The position numbers were made by a program, and so were the translations under genes. From an uncultured bacterium (GTDB lineage Bacteria; Babelota; Babeliae; Babelales; Vermiphilaceae), in contig OY969699.1 in the NCBI GenBank assembly GCA_963702025.1, positions 1,184,001 to 1,248,000 on the forward strand: 64,000 bases of DNA, in the 5' to 3' direction. Below are positions 32,119 to 41,547 of the stretch, piece by piece (within the stretch, counting starts at the first letter, position 1; each line of letters begins with the position of its first letter). The notes under the pieces are model-generated. The model saw only the letters and a program-made list of their open reading frames with translations, was not told the origin of the DNA and ran no database searches.

Positions 32119-32423
32119 TTAATCGCCTTCCAGGCGGTGGCCAAAGGGTGTTAAATCTGAACACCCTTTGGAATCCCCAGACCAAGGCTGCGCCTTTGGA
32201 TCCCTCATTTCGTGCCAATTCGCGACCTCGCGCTTCGCGCTCCAATCGCTCAGTGGCACTTGTCTGAATTTACTTATTAAACTAAAAATCAGCAGAAAAA
32301 TCCGTTCATGGTGAGTGCCGCCTGCAGCGCAGCGTATCGAACCATAAAAAAGTTTCTAAGTTAGAAACAAAATGTTCGTAAGCAAAAATAACTGAGCCCG
32401 CTCGGGCGCTTTCGCGACCGGCT
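32119..32423 (+). repeat. Long structured repeat, left copy
   Basis: Inverted homolog of 40599-40927; core ~32119-32309 nearly identical. Confidence 0.9.
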
Positions 32424-32815
32424 TGCCTTTAGTCCCGAGCGAAGTCGAGGGGCCCGTTGCGGGCTCTACGTACATTTAATGTATGAAACGTTGAGATCTG
32501 ATTGCGATATATGTATGAACCGACGCAGCTCCCGAAGGGAGATGAGTTGGTGAGTTTATCGCATGGGGATTCTAAAGGGCTCCCCCTTTAGTGTGTGGTG
32601 GCCTGGAGGGGTTCACAAGAATCCCTCCAGTTTAAAATAATTTTGCGAAAACATTCCCGCGTTTTATATCTTTGGTGACAGGGAGCGTGGGGGTATTTTC
32701 AAGAATACCACCACGTTTATCGCACGCACGTGAGCAATCTCCGTGACATCAAACATATGACAATCAGAAAACTAAAGCAAAATGGACCGAATGTTCGCGT
32801 GGCTTACGCGGTTGA

Positions 32816-33700
32816 TTAAGAATCAAAGCTATTAGTATTTTGTACGTTCGTTGTAAATTGCCCTTTCAATTGAGAAGCATCTTCATTCGAATTACTTTCT
32901 TCAAAGTAATCAGGCAACTCTGAATTTTCAGGACTTATTGAGTTTGTTATTTCTTCTTTTTCGCTACAATGCGGTATCACTTGAGCTACTTGTACAGCTT
33001 TCTCATTGTCATTTGGTTGCGGTGATTTTTTCTCAATAAAAATACTACAGTATTTTTTTAAATCTTTATGCTGCTCAATAAACTGAGCTATAACACCAGC
33101 ATCATTATAGACAATAATATTTTCGCAATTATATTTGCTCGCTTGATTGGTCATATTATATGAACCGTTAATTAACAATTTCCCTTTGCCGATTTCTTTA
33201 TCAAAAAATATCATAAATTTATGATGCATTTTTTGCATAGCATTCGATGGTTCACGTCTTTTATTTTGAATTAAGACCTGGATTCCCGCTTGAGAAAGTT
33301 TGTTTAAGGTATTTGCATCTTGTTGTCCCGCTTCCCTATCAACAATCAGTAAATCATCTTTAGGCGATGTTTTATAGATATCTGCTTTCATAATGGCATT
33401 AATATCATTGCGAGCGCGCGCTTTTTCAAATTCTTGAATATATTTTCTTCCCGCCCACCATGATGTTAAATTATCAGCATTAATACGATAATAAGCAGCC
33501 CAAATTGGCCCTTCTTCAGTCACCATCAAATTTTTGATCGCATCTTCAATGTGGGGAGTAAAATAAGCCTTTGGGTAGACAATTAACTCTTTTTTTTCTT
33601 GCTTTTCTTCGATCTTCTGTTTCTTTTGTGCGCTTTGCTCCATAGCAAAAACAGAAGCACACTGTGCCGCCAAAAGAGTTATGAAAAGTAATTTTTTCAT
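32816..33700 (-). CDS. Exported single-HKD phospholipase D/Nuc-like protein
   Basis: HHKFMIFFD (HxKx4D), GSYN, downstream EN; signal peptide ending AME. Confidence 0.85.
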   Translation of the reverse strand: MKKLLFITLLAAQCASVFAMEQSAQKKQKIEEKQEKKELIVYPKAYFTPHIEDAIKNLMVTEEGPIWAAYYRINADNLTSWWAGRKYIQEFEKARARNDINAIMKADIYKTSPKDDLLIVDREAGQQDANTLNKLSQAGIQVLIQNKRREPSNAMQKMHHKFMIFFDKEIGKGKLLINGSYNMTNQASKYNCENIIVYNDAGVIAQFIEQHKDLKKYCSIFIEKKSPQPNDNEKAVQVAQVIPHCSEKEEITNSISPENSELPDYFEESNSNEDASQLKGQFTTNVQNTNSFDS

Positions 33701-33717
33701 GATATTTTCTCCATTTT

Positions 33718-35250
33718 TTAGTCGTTATTAAAATTCTTTGCAGAGCTTTTTAACTTTACTACTTTGTCATTCTGAGAAACTTTTTTTCTCAGCTCTTCTT
33801 TGCGTTCTTTTGCCTTGTTTTTAGCGATTTCATGTTTTCTATATTTTCCCGCAATTATTTCTTTTTGCTCTTTTGATAGATTCATATATTCTTTTGCTTT
33901 TCTTCGCTCTTCTTTGGTCGCATTGCCCACAATGTCTTTTATTTTATTAAATTCGTCAGCTCTCATTCGCTTTCTTGCTCTCGAGTTTGATTTTTTTTCA
34001 AGCAACAGCATGTAATACTTCATTATGCATGCAACGTTATCCAAACTTACGTTCGACTCATTTGTATTTTCTTTTATTTCTGACAATTCAATTTTGCCAG
34101 ATGACTTCTGTTCTTTTTTCATTTTAGACTTAGATTCAGTTAAATCAGAACCATGCAAAGGATTAAAAAATCTGTGATAGCAACAACTATCAGCAAAGAA
34201 GATCTCAAAGGTTCCGTAAATTATTTTACCTTTTATTACCATAGATCCTGGCAATAATACTTTTGTTTCATTTTTATTTGTTTCGAAGAACCCGTATTTT
34301 TTTGCATAGTCATCAATTCTTAATGGGAATGCATGAAAAGGTATCGCATATTTTGCTGTAGTAAATCTATGATTATTCGGGTCGCGATAGCCGCCCTCTT
34401 GCAAATTTATCTCAGGATTTTTATACCACTTACTGATAGTCTGCGTAGTCGATTCATACCAAAATGCAGGCATTGACTCGTCCTTAACTTGGTAAAGATA
34501 TATCGATGTATTATTTCTTTTATCGACAACTTCAAAAACTCTTTTAATATTAGTAAGCTCTTTTTTCAGTTGATCGCCGAGAGCGTAGGGATGCAATACA
34601 TCATTAACAAATAAATCTTTTTCATATTCTGTAAATTCATACTTTTGAGCTATTTGTTCTTTTTTAATAGTGAGATGCTCCGTATTTAGATTTAAACTCT
34701 CAATTCCTATTATAAAGTTTTGTATGGATAAACGAACTAGCCTGATAGTTTCCTTCACATTATTTGCAAGATTTTCATTTATATGGACAGATGGTTTCAA
34801 TAATTCCACTAGCCGTGCATGTTCCTTTAGATATTTAATGAACACGGTATCAATGTACTGTGTCGATTTATCTAAATCAGTAATGGTATTTTTCTCAACG
34901 TTGCATATCTTTTCGATAATGTTATCTATTAAGCCAAGTCGAAAACTTTCTTGCGATAGCTGTGCCTGAAAAAGAGCTAAATTACAAAGAATTTGATTTT
35001 TATCTTCACACGATGCAAAATTCTCTTTTGCTATTTTTGTTTCAATTTTTTGTACTTTTTTATTAAGAGCCTGAACTTCATCGAGAGCCTTAAGATGGAT
35101 GATGGCTATTTCAGAGAAGATTTGACGCAACTCTGCTTTGGTGGTCTTTCGTTCTGATATTTCTAATGCGTTGTTCGGGTTAGGTATTTCCATTGCTTGA
35201 GCCATGAAGGGAAGCATACCTGCTACAATAAGAATTCTATAATTAAACAT
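33718..35250 (-). CDS. Exported coiled-coil protein with 'YHR' domain
   Basis: Signal ending AME; KWY..FHAF..IDD..GTFE..CYHRFF; Lys-rich tail. Confidence 0.8.
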   Translation of the reverse strand: MFNYRILIVAGMLPFMAQAMEIPNPNNALEISERKTTKAELRQIFSEIAIIHLKALDEVQALNKKVQKIETKIAKENFASCEDKNQILCNLALFQAQLSQESFRLGLIDNIIEKICNVEKNTITDLDKSTQYIDTVFIKYLKEHARLVELLKPSVHINENLANNVKETIRLVRLSIQNFIIGIESLNLNTEHLTIKKEQIAQKYEFTEYEKDLFVNDVLHPYALGDQLKKELTNIKRVFEVVDKRNNTSIYLYQVKDESMPAFWYESTTQTISKWYKNPEINLQEGGYRDPNNHRFTTAKYAIPFHAFPLRIDDYAKKYGFFETNKNETKVLLPGSMVIKGKIIYGTFEIFFADSCCYHRFFNPLHGSDLTESKSKMKKEQKSSGKIELSEIKENTNESNVSLDNVACIMKYYMLLLEKKSNSRARKRMRADEFNKIKDIVGNATKEERRKAKEYMNLSKEQKEIIAGKYRKHEIAKNKAKERKEELRKKVSQNDKVVKLKSSAKNFNND

Positions 35251-35454
35251 GTTTTTCTCCACTTTTGATCTAATATTTTGACCTATACTTATAAGCTTAG
35301 CCCAAATACACTTATTGTCAAATAGAAATTAATAATGTACTTCTACCCTGTTTTGCCTCTTTAGCCCCCCAAATTAGCCCATTTTAGCCCATTTAAATAA
35401 TTTCTACTTGCAATTAGTAACGCCTATGCTATGCTATGGTTTATGGAGGATTTT

Positions 35455-37287
35455 ATGAAATTATTCAAATTACTATCAATTTTTACGTTTATTACTGTTA
35501 TTTCTCATAACGCCCAAGGAATGGAGGCCCAAAAGCCTACAGCGTCAGGGTATACGTCACAATTTATCCCGCCTAACCAATCAGCTAAGGATGTGCTTCG
35601 TAATGGGCAAATTTTAGGCACAAATGAAGAGCCCCAACAAATGATCGAACGCGTAGTGAATGCTATTGCTTCAATAGATAAAGATCTGAACCTTAAAAAT
35701 ATGCTTTCAACTACTGAATTTGCTCAGCAATTGGGCATACTTATGGATGAGCATGCGATAGTATTAAGCACCCCAATTTTAACCAATGCGGGCAACTCTG
35801 AAAATAGACCCCTTTCTGCCTGCGTGATGCCCCCTGTCAATTTAAGAGACGATTTAAAGAAAATTAAACCAATAGTAGATAAGTACCATCAAGATGGTAT
35901 GGGTACCGGGTATAATTTATCAGATGCTCTTGATCCGATTGAAACCCTTACATCCCTTAATAAGGTTGCAGTAGAAGGCGCGCAAAGTAAAAAAGAAAAG
36001 CGTCCAGTTGGCAATATGGCAATTCTGGATGTTGATTCTCCTGATATTGAAAAATTTGTCATGGCAAAAGTAGGAGCAGATGATCGGGGGGAGGACTGGA
36101 AATTTAACATTTCAGTAAATATTAATGATGCATTTATGGATGCAGTTGAAAACAATCGCGAATTTACGCTCAAAAATAGTACCAAGATTTCAGCCAAAGA
36201 ACTGTTTAAAAAAATGGCATATGCGGCACACCAATGCGGTGACCCTGGCCTTATTTCCCTTGAACGATTAAATGCCGATAATCCAACACCAAGTGTCGGC
36301 GAATACAAATGTACCGCTCCCTGCGCGGAAGTTGGATTGGCACCCGGCGAAACATGTGTGTTTGGTTATATTAACTTAGCTAAATTAGTAACCAATGATG
36401 CGCAACCTTCAGTGAATTTTGATCGATTAAAAACTGTTGTCACCTTGCTCACGCGCGCACTCGACGATATTCTGGAAATAAGCATTCAACGATATTCTAT
36501 CGAAGAAAGCAAAACAGTAATGCAAGCCAAAAGAAAAATTGGTCTCGGAATTTGTGGATTTGCTGACATGCTTATGGCGCTCAACATTCCTTATGATTCA
36601 GACCAAGCGCGCAATCTTTTACAAGATATTCTTAATTTTATAAGTTATCATTCAAAAGAAGCTTCTTTTGAATTAGCCAAAACTCGCGGATCCTTTACCG
36701 CAATCGGCGATAGTAAATTTATGGATGAATCATTTATAATGAACAAATATGGCAGCCTTAAAACGCCCCATGTTTCACGCGAACAATGGCAATCATTGGC
36801 CAAAAAAATCAAGGAAACCAAATTGCTCCGCAATGCAACAACAAGTGCTTTACCGCCCACTGGCAGAAGTGCGATGGTTATTGGCGCTTCAACAGGAATT
36901 GAGCCGGTATTTAGCCTTAATTCTTCAGATGGCATACATCCATTGTTGTACACATTCTTAAAAAAGTATTCTCTGCATGAAAATACCGCGATCGTTGATG
37001 AAATTAACAAAACCGGTTACGCACCACAAACAATTAAAGCAATGAATCCTTCTTTTGTAACGGCTACTGAAATAGCGCCAAAAGATCATCTTGCTATGGT
37101 TATTGCTGCGCAGAAAGCTATCGATGAATCAATATCAAAAACAATCAACTTACCGGAACAAACAACGCCGGAGCAAATCGAAGAGATTTACAAGAATGCC
37201 TATGCACAAGGATTAAAAGGAATGTCCGTGTTTAGAAATAATTCACGTTCCTTTCAACCTAAGAAATTGACGGATGAAAAAAAATAA
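35455..37287 (+). CDS. nrdJ: Divergent class II (B12-type) ribonucleotide reductase with signal-like N-terminus
   Basis: LSACV, GDPG, APCAE, GLGICGFADML, PPTG..STGIEP, SISKTIN, LKGMSVFR. Confidence 0.8.
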   Translation: MKLFKLLSIFTFITVISHNAQGMEAQKPTASGYTSQFIPPNQSAKDVLRNGQILGTNEEPQQMIERVVNAIASIDKDLNLKNMLSTTEFAQQLGILMDEHAIVLSTPILTNAGNSENRPLSACVMPPVNLRDDLKKIKPIVDKYHQDGMGTGYNLSDALDPIETLTSLNKVAVEGAQSKKEKRPVGNMAILDVDSPDIEKFVMAKVGADDRGEDWKFNISVNINDAFMDAVENNREFTLKNSTKISAKELFKKMAYAAHQCGDPGLISLERLNADNPTPSVGEYKCTAPCAEVGLAPGETCVFGYINLAKLVTNDAQPSVNFDRLKTVVTLLTRALDDILEISIQRYSIEESKTVMQAKRKIGLGICGFADMLMALNIPYDSDQARNLLQDILNFISYHSKEASFELAKTRGSFTAIGDSKFMDESFIMNKYGSLKTPHVSREQWQSLAKKIKETKLLRNATTSALPPTGRSAMVIGASTGIEPVFSLNSSDGIHPLLYTFLKKYSLHENTAIVDEINKTGYAPQTIKAMNPSFVTATEIAPKDHLAMVIAAQKAIDESISKTINLPEQTTPEQIEEIYKNAYAQGLKGMSVFRNNSRSFQPKKLTDEKK

Positions 37288-37310
37288 TAACCAAACTCTA
37301 AAGATCGAAT

Positions 37311-37775
37311 ATGATGAACACCGATATTTTTGCAGCACAGCTTATTAAAACCGCGCTGGAGGATGGCATACAAAAGCTCTCCGTTGGCGCGGCTTTTCTT
37401 CATGAAGGCAAATTGCTCATTCTTAAGCGGTCCGCTCATGATTTTATGCCAAACATATATGAACTCCCGGGAGGCGCGCTAGAGAAAGATGAATCTTTGC
37501 TCCAAGCCCTGGAACGAGAATTGCTCGAAGAAACAAATTGCTCCATCGATAAAGTTATCGGCTATATTGGCCATATAGATTTTCTCTCATCATCGGGATT
37601 GCGCACCCGACGATTTAATTTCTTAATTCAACCGAAATTACCACTATCAGTTCAATTAACCGAACATGACGATTATCAATGGATTATCCCCTCAGCTGCA
37701 GTCAACTACCAGATTACGTCAAAAACACGCACAATGATTGCTCACGTGCAGAAGAATGATATTCATCGATTTTGA
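37311..37775 (+). CDS. NUDIX hydrolase
   Basis: PGGALEKDESLLQALERELLEETN Nudix box. Confidence 0.88.
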   Translation: MMNTDIFAAQLIKTALEDGIQKLSVGAAFLHEGKLLILKRSAHDFMPNIYELPGGALEKDESLLQALERELLEETNCSIDKVIGYIGHIDFLSSSGLRTRRFNFLIQPKLPLSVQLTEHDDYQWIIPSAAVNYQITSKTRTMIAHVQKNDIHRF

Positions 37776-37852
37776 CCTATTCTCTAGTTAATTAATGCAA
37801 TTTGCAATTTATTAATTTTCTGCTATCTTGGGTTTATATGGAGGAATTTACG

Positions 37853-39442
37853 ATGAAAAACAGATATTTTTTATACCTGAGCCTTTTGCTTTGCATTTCA
37901 CTCATAGATGCGATGGAGCTTCCTGAAAAAGTTACCCAAGAACAGGTTCAATCATCAGAAAAAATAAGCGTAATAAATCCTGTTGTCATAGAGCCGGAAT
38001 TTGGTAAAAACTATGATTACTCCTCAATACTCAACCCTGACTGTGATCTCCCTGAAGCTGAATATAAGCGACGCCTAAAAATCTTCAAAAATTATTTATT
38101 TGACTACCTTGAAGGAATGGAACGAACTGACATGCATTCAGGGTCGGCTCTTGATTTTATACAAACCTATCTGTACTTGATCTCCATAATCAAAGAAAGC
38201 GCCGAATCCCTCCCACTCTATAATAAGCAACCGATAGTAGACTTTATTCCCGAAAAAGCACTTTCTCGCAACTATAAAAAAATCAAAATTCCTGCTGGGT
38301 ATATTACAATAGGAACGTCAGTAAAAAAACAAGGAAATGAGGTTTCCATTAGTCCTCAAACTCCGGTATATGTTATTACCGATCCTGATGCAGAAAGTAT
38401 GTGTCTTTTATTTAGCGAACTGAACGCAAAAAAATTAAACCCGCTCCAAAAAACATCATTAATAGTCGGACTTTGGCAACAACAAGGGTTAAGTGAGCAG
38501 GCAACCCGCGTTATGCACTGTTATGTGTATGGCATTGCCAAACGTTTGTTAAATGATCTGGTTAACACCGCACAAGAAAAGAAAAAAATTGCGCTCGAAA
38601 GTCCGGAAAACAAAACGGTGAGATACTGCATTTTTAATTGTCCCCACCTTTTAAAGCTAACCGCATTACAAGAACGTTTGTTACGATCCCCGCAAGATTT
38701 TCTTGGCACCCTGCCCGATGATACGGTAGGTTTTATTGCAACCGTGTTACCAACATTCATTGATTTGCACAACTATGCGGCAAAATTACCGGATCTGTGC
38801 AAAGAATATGCCACAATATATGATCGCATCAAGCAAGAACTCAAAGCATTTAAAAAGAAAAATAAAGAAAAAACAGAAAAAGTTAAACCGGCAGAAATAC
38901 CGGCAATTAAGCCTGTGCCGGCAGCAATGGTAGAAAAGCCATTGCCCGCAAAAATTACCTATTCCAAACGAGTAACCCAATGGTTTAAAGATGGCTTTAT
39001 AAAAAAGAAAAAAAATCGAGAAATTAATTATCATACCTTATTACCAATGATCGCTGATCGTATTCTGATTCAGCATGGTCAAATCTCTGACTATCTCAAT
39101 AAAAGCTACAAAGGCGAAATTGATACGCTGTATCGTATTGCTGGCAAAATTGAATATGAGGATAAAGCAAAAGATGAAACCTATTGCGTATTTAATATCT
39201 GCATAGATCAACAAGATATCTGTTATCACCGCGAGTGCAAAAAATGCACTTGGGAAAAATTAGCAGAAACATTAAAAAATGAGATTTTCATTGAAGATGA
39301 TGCAGCGCATGAAGCAGACGATGTGGCCATTGTGGAACAACCGGAACAAAAAGCAGCCATTCTCAAAGAGACAAATGCCTATGCGGTAATTTATAATCCG
39401 ATGCACAAGTGTAAAATTACGTTGTATAAAAAACAGATATAA
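37853..39442 (+). CDS. Exported protein with 'YHR' domain
   Basis: Signal ending AME; YSKRVTQWF..YHTL..AD..CYHR. Confidence 0.8.
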   Translation: MKNRYFLYLSLLLCISLIDAMELPEKVTQEQVQSSEKISVINPVVIEPEFGKNYDYSSILNPDCDLPEAEYKRRLKIFKNYLFDYLEGMERTDMHSGSALDFIQTYLYLISIIKESAESLPLYNKQPIVDFIPEKALSRNYKKIKIPAGYITIGTSVKKQGNEVSISPQTPVYVITDPDAESMCLLFSELNAKKLNPLQKTSLIVGLWQQQGLSEQATRVMHCYVYGIAKRLLNDLVNTAQEKKKIALESPENKTVRYCIFNCPHLLKLTALQERLLRSPQDFLGTLPDDTVGFIATVLPTFIDLHNYAAKLPDLCKEYATIYDRIKQELKAFKKKNKEKTEKVKPAEIPAIKPVPAAMVEKPLPAKITYSKRVTQWFKDGFIKKKKNREINYHTLLPMIADRILIQHGQISDYLNKSYKGEIDTLYRIAGKIEYEDKAKDETYCVFNICIDQQDICYHRECKKCTWEKLAETLKNEIFIEDDAAHEADDVAIVEQPEQKAAILKETNAYAVIYNPMHKCKITLYKKQI

Positions 39443-39460
39443 TCGAACTCAACCACACTC

Positions 39461-40285
39461 TCACTTCTGATCCACGGGGCAATAATAGGCGGATCTACCG
39501 GCGATCGTAACTTTTTTTAGCTTATGTTTGGCATTTTTTGGGCAAAGCATGTCGGTGTGCCGATGCGCCTGCAAGTAGGAAGATTTAAATTCAGAGGCTT
39601 CCTGCGGCGACCAATGTTGTGATGTGCCAATATCTTTATTTTTAATCCGCACTTTAATTGCGTAGCTTAACACCGCGCGCATCTGCCGATACATCTTTTG
39701 AATCACTTGGGGCGATAAATCTTTAACACTGTGGTGCGGATCAATGTCTGCTTGAAACAATATTTCATCCGAATATTCGTTACCGATTCCGGCAATTACC
39801 GTTTGATCCATTAAAAACGCTTTAACATTTTTCTTCTTATTTTTCTCAACAAGAGCTTCAAATACAGACAAAGAAAGTTGTAACGGATCAGGGCCCATTT
39901 CTTTGAGAGCCTTAATATCATCAAGTGAATCTACCAGCCAAATTCTGCCAAACTTTCTAACCGAACAATAATGGAGATCCTCTTTTGCAAATGAAAAATC
40001 GACGCAGGAAAAACGTACCGTTTCACCTGGCTTGCCCAGCACTAAAAATCCGGTGAGGCCAAAATGCATAACCAATTTTTCTTTGGATGAGGTGGTCACA
40101 ATAAGATATTTACCCATGCGCGCGGCTGCAGTAAATGAAACACCCGTGAGACTTTTTTTAAATTGCGCAGAACTTATTTTTTCCAGCAAACGGCCGCATG
40201 AAACCGTTACATCGGTTACCTTTTTATTAAGGCAATGGGTGGCAACATAGTGGGTAAATGCTTCGACTTCCGGTAGTTCTGGCAT
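39461..40285 (-). CDS. mutM: Fpg/Nei DNA glycosylase
   Basis: MPELPEVE, RMGKY, HFGLTG, LMDQ..AGIGNEYSDE. Confidence 0.85.
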   Translation of the reverse strand: MPELPEVEAFTHYVATHCLNKKVTDVTVSCGRLLEKISSAQFKKSLTGVSFTAAARMGKYLIVTTSSKEKLVMHFGLTGFLVLGKPGETVRFSCVDFSFAKEDLHYCSVRKFGRIWLVDSLDDIKALKEMGPDPLQLSLSVFEALVEKNKKKNVKAFLMDQTVIAGIGNEYSDEILFQADIDPHHSVKDLSPQVIQKMYRQMRAVLSYAIKVRIKNKDIGTSQHWSPQEASEFKSSYLQAHRHTDMLCPKNAKHKLKKVTIAGRSAYYCPVDQK

Positions 40286-40427
40286 ATTCATCCTTTATTT
40301 ACATTTCTTGCAGCGGTGTGCATTTGAAAAATTAACACGCATCTATACCCTAATAAGCATGATTGATTAATGTCAATAAGTTACATATGGGGCAATGTAA
40401 AATTTCTTGAGTAGTCATTTATTACAC

Positions 40428-40568
40428 ATGGTGAGTGAGAGCCCTTCGATAAACTCGGGAGTAAATACAAGCATCAGCCACACTCCGTTCGTGCTGACCC
40501 TTCGGCAAACTCAGGAGTAAACGCCCAGCCTGCCCGCCGAAGCTTTAGCGAAGGCTGGGTCGAAGCAT
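40428..40568. repeat. Nested cluster of family A and B repeats
   Basis: CCCTTCG..ACTC(G/A)GGAGTAAA twice and CCGCCGAAGCTTTAGCGAAGG inside an outer CCGTTCGTGCTGA...GTCGAAGCA. Confidence 0.75.
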
Positions 40569-40598
40569 TTTTTATCAGAATTATATTTTATTTGGCCT

Positions 40599-40927
40599 AG
40601 CCGGTCGGCGGAGTTTATCCTGAGCTTGTCGAAGGGCGCCCGAGCGGGCTCCTGTTATTTTTTCTCTTTAACTTAATTGTGCTAACTCAGAAAGTTTTTT
40701 CATGTTCAATAAACTATGCTGCGCGCACCGCTCAGTATGAACGGATTTTTCTGCTAGTTCTTAGTTTAATAAGTAAATTCAGACAAGTGCCACTGAGCGA
40801 TTGGAGCGCGAAGCGCGAGGTCGCGAATTGGCACGAAATGAGGGATCCAAAGGCGCAGCCTTGGTCTGGGGATTCCAAAGGGTATTCAGATTTAATACCC
40901 TTTGGCCACCGCCTGGAGGGCGATTAA
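40599..40927 (-). repeat. Long structured repeat, right copy
   Basis: Inverted homolog of 32119-32423. Confidence 0.9.
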
Positions 40928-41034
40928 TAAATAATATTCCTACCGCTGGCCGCGTAGGCCAAATTAAAAATAAATTTCTTAATGCTATAATTTGCGAGCA
41001 AGCAAAATTCGAGGAATTAAACCTGCAGAGTTTT

Positions 41035-41460
41035 TTAAACAATCGCTAATACTTTATCCGATTGTATTCTTGAAACACACGTTTCAATAATTTTTTTATG
41101 CGGTTCAAATATAGTTTCAGGTAATTGCGCCATATCAAAAAAACACCATTCTTCACATAAATCCGGTTCCATCGTTGCTATGGTGCCGGTAAATTTATGA
41201 AGCAAAAAAGACATGTGCAGATAATGCCGCTGCTCGGCAATACTATCAATAACGCTCAGCAATGTGAATTCTAACCCCTCGATACCCAATTCTTCTTTTA
41301 ATTCTCGTTTTGCGCACTCTATAAGCGTTTCTCCATATTCTAAGTGCCCACCGGGCAGGGCCCATGTTCCGGCGCCGTAGCAATTCTTTCTTTTGCCCAA
41401 TAATAAAGCGTTATCTTTGACGATAAATATCTCACAGCCTATTTTTATTATGTTGTTCAT
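41035..41460 (-). CDS. NUDIX hydrolase (MTH2/NUDT15-like)
   Basis: PGGHLEYGETLIECAKRELKEELG; EPDLCEEW. Confidence 0.88.
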   Translation of the reverse strand: MNNIIKIGCEIFIVKDNALLLGKRKNCYGAGTWALPGGHLEYGETLIECAKRELKEELGIEGLEFTLLSVIDSIAEQRHYLHMSFLLHKFTGTIATMEPDLCEEWCFFDMAQLPETIFEPHKKIIETCVSRIQSDKVLAIV

Positions 41461-41496
41461 AAGTATTCACTTATTGATTAGAATAAGAAACAAATA

Positions 41497-41520
41497 AGGG
41501 ATGGCTAAGAGGCCATCCCC
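41497..41520 (-). terminator. Probable intrinsic terminator
   Basis: GGGATGGC-TAAGAG-GCCATCCC hairpin with a T-rich tail on the minus strand. Confidence 0.6.
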
Positions 41521-41547
41521 ATTCATTATTGTTACATTCAAAATTAG

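Noticed and set aside
31998..32267. 89-aa ORF sharing a C-terminus with 40779-41042 (also 40679-40927 and 40801-41049)
   Set aside because: These frames run through the GC-rich long repeat; the similarity is explained by the DNA repeat, and the variation conserves hairpins
40428..40660. Possible CRISPR array
   Set aside because: Units are irregular and nested, with no constant-length spacers and no cas genes in the window
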